Shown here: positions 54,101 to 64,000 of the stretch, in pieces
How positions within the stretch are numbered: position 1 is the stretch's first letter
Layout of the letters: each line of letters opens with the position of its first letter
Source of the DNA: Eledone cirrhosa
Taxonomy: Eukaryota
DNA: 64,000 bases
Direction: 5' to 3'
Assembly: GCA_964016885.1 (NCBI GenBank)
Contig: OZ024741.1
Location: 362,948,001-363,012,000 of the forward strand
Notes under the pieces: generated by a model
The model's input: the letters and a program-made list of their open reading frames with translations, nothing else
The model's database searches: none
Told to the model about the DNA's origin: nothing
Made by a program: the position numbers and the translations under genes

Positions 54101-57100
54101 ATAATAAGGCCAGTCTGTTACAACATGGTTTAATGAGGCCAGTCTGTTACAACATGGTATAATGAGGCCAATCTGTTACAACATGGTATGAGGCCAGTCT
54201 ATTACAATATGGTATAATGAGGCCAGTCTATTACAACATGGTATAATGAGGCCAGTCTATTACATGGTATAATGAGGCCTGTCTATTACAACATGGTATA
54301 ATGAGGCCAGTCTGTTACAACATGGTATAATGAGGCCAGTCTATTACAACATGGTATAATGAGGCCAGTCTGTTACAACATGGTATAATGAAGTCAGTCT
54401 GTTACAACATGTTATAATGAGGCCAGTCTATTACAACATGGTATAATGAGGTCAGTCTGTTACAACATGGTATAATGAGGCCAGGCTGTTAGATGGTATA
54501 ATGAGGCCAGTCTGTTACAACATGGTATAATAAGGTCAGTCTGTTACAACATGGTATAATGAGGCCAGTCTGTTACATGGTATAATGAGGCCTGTCTGTT
54601 ACAACATGGTATAATGAGGCCAGTCTATTATAACATGGTATGATGAGGTCAGTCTGTTACAACATGGTATAATGAGGTCAGTCTGTTACAACATGGTATA
54701 ATAAGGCCAGTCTGTTACAACATGGTATAATGAGGCCAGTCTGTTACAACATGGTATAATGAGGCCAGTCTGTTAGATGGTATAATGAGGCCAGTCTGTT
54801 ACAACATGGTATAATGAGGCCAGTCTGTTACAACATGGTATAATGAGGCCAGTCTATTACAACATGGTATAATGAGGCCAGTCTGTTACAATATGGTATA
54901 ATGAGGCCAGTCTATTACAACATGGTATAATAAGGCCAGTCTGTTACAACATGGTATAATGAGGCCAGTCTGTTACAACATGGTATAATGAGGCCAGTCT
55001 ATTACAACATGGTATAATGAGGCCAGTCTGTTACAATATGGTATAATGAGGCCAGTCTATTACAACATGGTATAATAAGGCCAGTCTGTTACAACATGGT
55101 ATAATGAGGCCAGTCTGTTACAACATGGTATAATGAAGCGTCTGTTACAACATGGTATAATGAGGTCAGTCTGTTACAACATGGGATAATAAGGCCAGTC
55201 TGTTACAACATGGTTTAATGAGGCCAGTCTGTTACAACATGGTATAATGAGGCCAATCTGTTACAACATGGTATGAGGCCAGTCTATTACAATATGGTAT
55301 AATGAGGCCAGTCTATTACAACATGGTATAATGAGGCCAGTCTGTTACAACATGGTATAATGAGGCCAGTCTATTACAACATGGTATAATGAGGCCAGTC
55401 TGTTACAACATGGTATAATGAAGTCAGTCTGTTACAACATGTTATAATGAGGCCAGTCTATTATAACATGGTATAATGAGGTCAGTCTGTTACAACATGG
55501 TATAATGAGGCCAGGCTGTTAGATGGTATAATGAGGCCAGTCTGTTACAACATGGTATAATAAGGTCAGTCTGTTACAACATGGTATAATGAGGCCAGTC
55601 TATTACATGGTATAATGAGGCCAGTCTATTACAACATGGTATAATGAGGCCAGTCTGTTACAACATGGTATAATGAGGCCAGTCTGTTACAACATGGTAT
55701 AATGAGGCCAGTCTATTACAACATGGTATAATGAGGTCAGTCTGTTACAACATGGTATAATGAGGCCAGTCTATTACATGGTATAATGAGGCCAGTCTAT
55801 TACAACATGGTATAATGAGGCCAGTCTGTTACAACATGGTATAATGAGGCCAGTCTGTTACAACATGGTATAATGAGGCCAGTCTATTAGAACATGGTAT
55901 AATGAGGCCAGTCTATTACAACATGGTATAATGAAGCCAGTCTGTTACAACATGGTATAATGAGGCCAGTCTGTTACAACATGGTATAATTAGGCCAGTC
56001 TGTTACAACATGGTATAATGAGGCCAGTCTGTTACAACATGGTATAATGAGGCCAGTCTATTACATGGTATAATGAGGCCAGTCTATTACAACATGGTAT
56101 AATGAGGCCAGTCTGTTACAACATGGTATAATGAGGCCAGTCTATTAGAACATGGTATAATGAGGCCAGTCTATTACAACATGGTATAATGAGGCCAGTC
56201 TGTTACAACATGGTATAATGAGGCCAGTCTGTTACAACATGGTATAATGAGGCCAGTCTGTTACAACATGGTATAATTAGGCCAGTCTGTTACAACATGG
56301 TATAATGAGGCCAGTCTATTACAACATGGTATAATGAGGCCAGTCTATTACAACATGGTATAATGAGGCCTGTCTATTACAACATGGTATAATGAGGCCA
56401 GTCTATTACAACATGGTATAATGAGGCCAGTCTGTTACAACATGGTATAATGAGGCCAGTCTGTTACAACATGGTATAATGAGGCCAGTCTGTTACAACA
56501 TGGTATAATGAGGCCAGTCTGTTACAACATGGTATAATGAGGCCAGTCTGTTACAACATGGTATAATGAGGCCAGTCTGTTACAACATGGTATAATGAGG
56601 CCAGTCTATTATAACATGGTATAATGAGGTCAGTCTGTTACAACATGGTATAATGAGGCCAGTCTATTACAACATGGTATAATGAGGCCAGTCTATTATA
56701 ACATGGTATAATGAGGCCAGTCTGTTACAACATGGTATAATGAGGCCAGTCTGTTACAACATGGTATAATGAGGCCAGTCTGTTACAACATGGTATAATG
56801 AGGCCATCTATTACAACATGGTATAATGAGGCCAGTCTGTTACAATATGGTATAATGAGGCCAGTCTATTACAACATGGTATAATAAGGCCAGTCTATTA
56901 CATGGTATAATGAGGCCAGTCTGTTACAACATGGTATAATGAAGTCAGTCTGTTACAACATGGTATAATGAAGTCAGTCTGTTACAACATGGTATAATGA
57001 AGTCAGTCTGTTACAACATGGTATAATGAGGCCAATCTGTTACAACATGGTATAATGAAGTCAGTCTGTTACAACATGGTATAATGAGGCCAGTCTGTTA

Positions 57101-60100
57101 CAACATGGTATAATGAGGCCAGTCTGTTACAACATGGTATAATGAGGCCAGTCTGTTACAACATGGTATAATGAAGTCAGTCTGTTACAACATGGTATAA
57201 TGAGGCCAGTCTGTTACAACATGGTATAATGAAGTCAGTCTGTTACAACATGGTATAATGAGGCCAGTCTGTTACAACATGGTATAATGAGGCCAGTCTA
57301 TTACAACATGGTATAATGAGGTCAGTCTGTTACAACATGGTATAATGAGGCCAATCTGTTACAACATGGTATAATGAGGCCAGTCTGTTACAACATGGTA
57401 TAATGAGGCCAGTCTATTACAACATGGTATAATGAGGTCAGTCTGTTACAACATGGTATAATGAGGCCAATCTGTTACAACATGGTATAATGAGGCCAGT
57501 CTGTTACAACATGGTATAAAGAAGTCAGTCTGTTACAACATGGTATAATGAGGCCAGTCTGTTACAACATGGCATAATGAGGCCAGTCTATTACAACATG
57601 GTATAATGAGGCCAATCAGTTACAACATGGTATAATGAGGTCAGTCTGTTACAACATGGTATAATGAGGCCAGTCTATTACAACATGGCATAATAAGGCC
57701 AGTCTGTTCCAACATGGTATAATAAGGTCAGTCTGTTACAATATGGTATAATGAGGTCAGTCTGTTACAACATGGTATAATGAGGCCAGTCTATTACAAC
57801 ATGGTATAATGAGGCCAGTCTGTTACAACATGGTATAATGAGGCCAGTCTGTTACAACATGGTATAATGAGGCCAGTCTATTACAACATGGTATAATGAG
57901 GCCAGTCTGTTACAACATGGTATAATGAGGCCAGTCTGTTACAACATGGTATAATGAGGCCAGTCTGTTACAACATGGTATAATGAGGCCAGTCTATTAC
58001 ATGGTATAATGAGGCCAGTCTATTACAACATGGTATAATGAGGCCAGTCTGTTACAACATGGTATAATGAGGCCAGTCTATTAGAACATGGTATAATGAG
58101 GCCAGTCTATTACAACATGGTATAATGAGGCCAGTCTGTTACAACATGGTATAATGAGGCCAGTCTGTTACAACATGGTATAATTAGGCCAGTCTGTTAC
58201 AACATGGTATAATTAGGTCAGTCTGTTACAACATGGTATAATGAGGCCAGTCTATTACAACATGGTATAATGAGGCCAGTCTATTACAACATGGTATAAT
58301 GAGGCCTGTCTATTACAACATGGTATAATGAGGCCAGTCTATTACAACATGGTATAATGAGGCCAGTCTGTTACAACATGGTATAATGAGGCCAGTCTGT
58401 TACAACATGGTATAATGAGGCCAGTCTGTTACAACATGGTATAATGAGGCCAGTCTGTTACAACATGGTATAATGAGGCCAGTCTGTTACAACATGGTAT
58501 AATGAGGCCAGTCTGTTACAACATGGTATAATGAGGCCAGTCTGTTACAACATGGTATAATGAGGCCAGTCTATTATAACATGGTATAATGAGGTCAGTC
58601 TGTTACAACATGGTATAATGAGGCCAGTCTATTACAACATGGTATAATGAGGCCAGTCTATTATAACATGGTATAATGAGGCCAGTCTGTTACAACATGG
58701 TATAATGAGGCCAGTCTGTTACAACATGGTATAATGAGGCCAGTCTGTTACAACATGGTATAATGAGGCCATCTATTACAACATGGTATAATGAGGCCAG
58801 TCTGTTACAATATGGTATAATGAGGCCAGTCTATTACAACATGGTATAATAAGGCCAGTCTATTACATGGTATAATGAGGCCAGTCTGTTACAACATGGT
58901 ATAATGAAGTCAGTCTGTTACAACATGGTATAATGAAGTCAGTCTGTTACAACATGGTATAATGAAGTCAGTCTGTTACAACATGGTATAATGAGGCCAG
59001 TCTGTTACAACATGGTATAATGAAGTCAGTCTGTTACAACATGGTATAATGAGGCCAGTCTGTTACAACATGGTATAATGAGGCCAGTCTGTTACAACAT
59101 GGTATAATGAGGCCAGTCTGTTACAACATGGTATAATGAAGTCAGTCTGTTACAACATGGTATAATGAGGCCAGTCTGTTACAACATGGTATAATGAAGT
59201 CAGTCTGTTACAACATGGTATAATGAGGCCAGTCTGTTACAACATGGTATAATGAGGCCAGTCTATTACAACATGGTATAATGAGGTCAGTCTGTTACAA
59301 CATGGTATAATGAGGCCAATCTGTTACAACATGGTATAATGAGGCCAGTCTGTTACAACATGGTATAATGAGGCCAGTCTATTACAACATGGTATAATGA
59401 GGTCAGTCTGTTACAACATGGTATAATGAGGCCAATCTGTTACAACATGGTATAATGAGGCCAGTCTGTTACAACATGGTATAAAGAAGTCAGTCTGTTA
59501 CAACATGGTATAATGAGGCCAGTCTGTTACAACATGGCATAATGAGGCCAGTCTATTACAACATGGTATAATGAGGCCAATCAGTTACAACATGGTATAA
59601 TGAGGTCAGTCTGTTACAACATGGTATAATGAGGCCAGTCTATTACAACATGGCATAATAAGGCCAGTCTGTTCCAACATGGTATAATAAGGTCAGTCTG
59701 TTACAATATGGTATAATGAGGTCAGTCTGTTACAACATGGTATAATGAGGCCAGTCTATTACAACATGGTATAATGAGGCCAGTCTGTTACAACATGGTA
59801 TAATGAGGCCAGTCTGTTACAACATGGTATAATGAGGCCAGTCTATTACAACATGGTATAATGAGGCCAGTCTGTTACAACATGGTATAATGAGGCCAGT
59901 CTGTTACAACATGGTATAATGAGGCCAGTCTATTACAACATGGTATAATGAGGCCAGTCTGTTACAACATGGTATAATGAGGCCAGTCTGTTACAACATG
60001 GTATAATGAGGCCAGTCTGTTACAACATGGTATAATGAGGCCAGTCTATTACAACATGGCATAATAAGGCCAGTCTGTTCCAACATGGTATAATAAGGTC

Positions 60101-62462
60101 AGTCTGTTACAATATGGTATAATGAGGTCAGTCTGTTACAACATGGTATAATGAGGCCAGTCTATTACAACATGGTATAATGAGGCCAGTCTGTTACAAC
60201 ATGGTATAATGAGGCCAGTCTATTACAACATGGTATAATGAGGCCAGTCTATTACAACATGGTATAATGAGGCCAGTCTGTTACAACATGGTATAATGAG
60301 GCCAGTCTGTTACAACATGGTATAATGAGGCCAGTCTATTACAACATGGTATAATGAGGCCAGTCTGTTACAACATGGTATAATGAGGCCAGTCTGTTAC
60401 AACATGGTATAATGAGGCCAGTCTGTTACAACATGGTATAATGAGGCCAGTCTGTTACAACATGGTATAATGAGGCCAGTCTGTTACAATATGGTATAAT
60501 GAGGCCAGTCTATTACAACATGGTATAATAAGGCCAGTCTATTACATGGTATAATGAGGCCAGTCTGTTACAACATGGTATAATGAAGTCAGTCTGTTAC
60601 AACATGGTATAATGAAGTCAGTCTGTTACAACATGGTATAATGAAGTCAGTCTGTTACAACATGGTATAATGAGGCCAGTCTGTTACAACATGGTATAAT
60701 GAGGCCAGTCTGTTACAACATGGCATAATGAGGCCAGTCTATTACAACATGGTATAATGAGGCCAGTCTATTACAACATGGTATAATGAGGCCAATCTGT
60801 TACAACATGGTATAATGAGGCCAGTCTGTTACAACATGGTATAAAGAAGTCAGTCTGTTACAACATGGTATAATAAGGCCAGTCTGTTACAACATGGTAT
60901 AATAAGGCCAGTCTATTACAACATGGTATAATTAGGCCAGTCTATTACAACATGGTATAATGAGGCCAGTCTGTTACAACATGGTATAATGAGGCCAGTC
61001 TGTTACAACATGGCATAATGAGGCCAGTCTATTACAACATGGTATAATGAGGCCAATCAGTTACAACATGGTATAATGAGGTCAGTCTGTTACAACATGG
61101 TATAATGAGGCCAGTCTATTACAACATGGCATAATAAGGCCAGTCTGTTCCAACATGGTATAATAAGGTCAGTCTGTTACAATATGGTATAATGAGGTCA
61201 GTCTGTTACAACATGGTATAATGAGGTCAGTCTATTACAACATGGTATAATGAGGTCAGTCTATTACAACATGGTATAATAAGGCCAGTCTGTTACAACA
61301 TGGTATAAGGTCAGTCTGTTACAACATGGTATAATGAGGCCAGTCTGTTACAACATGGTATAATGAGGCCAATCTGTTACAACATGGTATAATGAGGCCA
61401 GTCTATTACAACATGGTATAATAAGGCCAGTCTATTACAACATGGTATAATGAGGCCAATCTGTTACAACATGGTATAATGAGGCCAGTCTATTACAACA
61501 TGGTATAATGAGGCCAATCTGTTACAACGTGGTATAATGAGGTCAGTCTGTTACAACATGGTATAATAAGGCCAGTCTGTTACAACATAGTATAATGAGG
61601 CCAGTCTATTACAACATGGTATAATAAGGCCAGTCTATTACAACATGGTATAATAAGGCCAGTCTATTACAACATGGTATAATAAGGCCAGTCTATTACA
61701 ACATGGTATAATGAGGCCAGTCTATTACAACATGGTATAATAAGGCCAGCCTATTACAACATGGTATAATGAGGCCAGTCTGTTACAACATGGTATAATA
61801 AGGCCAGTCTGTTACAACATGGTATAATGAGGTCAGTCTGTTACAACATGGTATAATGAGGCTAATCTGTTACAACATGATATAATGAGGCCAGTCTGTT
61901 ACAACATGGTATAATTAGGTCAGTCTATTACAACATAGTATAATGAAGTCAGTCTGTTACAACATGGTATAATAAGGTCAGTCTGTTACAACATGGTATA
62001 ATGAGGCCAGTCTGTTACAACATGGTATAATAAGGCCAGTCTGTTACAACATGGTTTAATGAGGCCAGTCTGTTACAACATGGTATAATGAGGCCAATCT
62101 GTTACAACATGGTATAATGAGGTCAGTCTGTTACATCATGGTATAATGAGGTCAGTCTGTTACAACATGGTATAATGAGGTCAGTCTGTTACAACATGGT
62201 ATAATGAGGCCAGTCTGTTACAACATGGTATAATGATTACAGTCTGTTACATGGTATAATGCGGCCAGTCTGTTACAACATGGTATAATTAGATCAGTCT
62301 GTTACAACATGGTATAATAAGGTCAGTCTGTTACAATATGGTATAATGAGATCAGTCTGTTACAACATGGTATAATTAGGTCAGTCTGTTACAACATGGT
62401 ATAATAAGGCCAGTCTGTTACAACATAGTATAATTAGGTCAGTCTATTACAACATAGTATAA
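27106..62462. repeat. ~35.4 kb tandem satellite, 29-bp monomer GGTATAATGAGGCCAGTCT(A/G)TTACAACAT, roughly 1200 copies
   Basis: Uninterrupted head-to-tail period of 29 nt (e.g. tataatgagg at 27121 and 27150). There is a common 26-bp variant lacking ACA and recurrent point variants. Copy number is estimated as length/29. Confidence 0.98.
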
Positions 62463-62547
62463 GATATGACACCGGTTTATCATAACTTGATCTAAGATAC
62501 AATGAGACTAGCTTGTTACAATTTAGTCTAAGCCCTAATGAAAACTC

Positions 62548-62678
62548 CTGCTAAAGTCAACTTTGCTTTCCATTCTTTTGGGGTCAATAAAATAACTACT
62601 AGTCAAATATTGAGGTTGATTTAATAAACTTTCCCCTCGCCTCCAAATTTCAGGCCTTGTGTCTATGTTAGAAACCCT
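62548..62678 (+). mobile_element. Diverged SINE fragment, same family
   Basis: gtcaactttgctttccattcttttggggtcaataaaataa...ggccttgtgtctatgttagaaac. Confidence 0.6.
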
Positions 62679-62923
62679 TATTAAGCTAGTGTTTTGAACA
62701 TAACCTAGAAAAGGTTCTTCTATAAAATTATGGTAGAAGGTTTTTAGTTAAATATAAACAATTTAAAATTAATAGTTTAGTATTGTACAACCAGTGGCTG
62801 TACCTTTGGTATTAAAAGGTGTCAAATATTTGAATATCATATGTCAATGATGCAATATCCTAAAATTAAAGTAAGAAGGTCTGAACTGTTATTTGCAGAA
62901 ATTACAAAAACTTTTCTACTTAC

Positions 62924-63072
62924 CGATCTCTATGATCACGATCTTCAGTCAAAGAGTCTTCAAATTTCTTCTGATTATAAGAAAGATCTCTCACTGACTC
63001 ATGCAAAGAATGCACTTCTTTCTTTAAATCATCAGCAAAATGAACACCAGATTTCTTCTTCCGCTGTGGGTA
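62924..63072 (-). CDS. CEP128: CEP128-like exon A: YPQRKKKSGVHFADDLKKEVHSLHESVRDLSYNQKKFEDSLTEDRDHRD(R)
   Basis: Acceptor ttgtattatag, donor gtaagt; 149 nt; ends in phase 2, matching exon B. Confidence 0.85.
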
Positions 63073-64000
63073 CTATAATACAAGAGTATACAAAAACCAT
63101 CTAGCTTTAGTGAGTAGCTTCTAGTACTGGATTTACATCTGGTTAAGTAAGCGGCCTTTTGGGGCCTCATAGTTTTGAGGCTCCATCTTGTTTTAGATAT
63201 ATATTAAAATATAGCTATGCAACACAATATTTTTGTTAAAATTTAAAATATTGTAATTGTTATTAATACATTTCTTTTTCATTGACATTTCGTTGACATT
63301 GAGTGTCAACTTTGTTTTAGAGGTCAGCATAGATCAATGGCGGAATCTCAGTGTTGTTTTATGTGTTGCCCTATATTCATGTACAGTTAATTTTCATTAA
63401 ATTTCTTGCAAGCAAATGCTGAGAGCTCAAAATATTCTCTAGGCCAGGGCAGTTAGTTGTTTTAATCTGGCCTGAGCAACTAACCTTAATACAGGTTGGG
63501 ACCTACAAAACTATAACTAATCATAGCAAATAACATGTAAGAAGAAACTTAATATATTTAATACATACATAGCCATGTTGGTTTGGGTAGTCTTGGTCTG
63601 CAAAGAGTTAAAACAAAGAAAGTTATTGATACTATTTATTAATTAAAAACATAGTTTGATGGGAAGTTGAAACAAAAAAAATATTCCAAGGATCAAGCAT
63701 ACTACAAATGAAATGTTTTGATTGTTTCCCAAAGACACTGTCAATTCCAACAAATGTTCCAGTTATTTAACAATAGAACAGCCAGCTTGTGAAATTAATG
63801 TACAAGTGTCTGAACATTCTACAGACGTATGTACTCTTAATATTGATCTCAGAGAGATTCAGTGTGACAAGGCTAGCCTTCTGAATTAGAGGTACAACTC
63901 ATTTTTGCCAGCTGAGTGCACTGGAGCAATGTGAAATAAAGTGTCTTGCTCAAGGACACAATGCACCACTGGAAACTAAACTCACAACCATATGATTGTG

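Larger units (their letters stand above)
552..63072 (-). other. CEP128: Partial multi-exon gene (16 exons seen, 1959 nt, ~653 aa) encoding a CEP128-like centriolar coiled-coil protein; extends beyond both window ends
   Basis: All 16 exons have AG/GT boundaries, consistent phases and no in-frame stops. Peptides KSGVHF..LHESVRDLS, ETKR, RVEKRL..ER, RRRLDHSEGSRNTL, VEEL and KAQESIKQWK occur in the same order as human CEP128 motifs recalled from memory (RTGVRF..HQSLRDLS, ETKR, RVERRL, RRLLNQSEGSRETL, KAQESIRQWK). No database search was run. Confidence 0.85.

Noticed and set aside
27106-62462. 29-bp repeat resembling a CRISPR direct repeat in length, with a TATAAT -10-like box in each unit
   Set aside because: Units are contiguous with no unique spacers and there are no cas genes. 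The context is a eukaryotic intron, so the bacterial promoter motif is coincidental.
62841-63104. 87 aa plus-strand ORF
   Set aside because: It is the antisense shadow of exon A, which has splice signals and CEP128-like motifs on the minus strand.

Overview
Eukaryotic, AT-rich, repeat-dense animal DNA. The SINE/LINE families look like those of coleoid cephalopods such as Octopus (inference, no search run). The whole window lies inside one minus-strand spliced gene. I reconstructed 16 GT-AG exons by hand (63072 down to 552); they join in frame into about 653 aa of coiled-coil protein. Its motifs match centriolar CEP128 as I recall it, and the start and stop lie outside the window. One intron (26285-62923, 36.6 kb) is almost entirely a ~35.4 kb array of a 29-bp satellite with nested kb-scale higher-order duplications and degenerate proto-units in both flanks. 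The other introns hold RTE-type LINE fragments (one with a PHD-like finger inside the RT), a Tx1/L1-like fragment inserted in (GATA)n, a CR1/L2-like endonuclease fragment, tRNA-derived SINEs, several MITEs, a 48-bp minisatellite and microsatellites. I found no CRISPR array, rRNA or intact tRNA.
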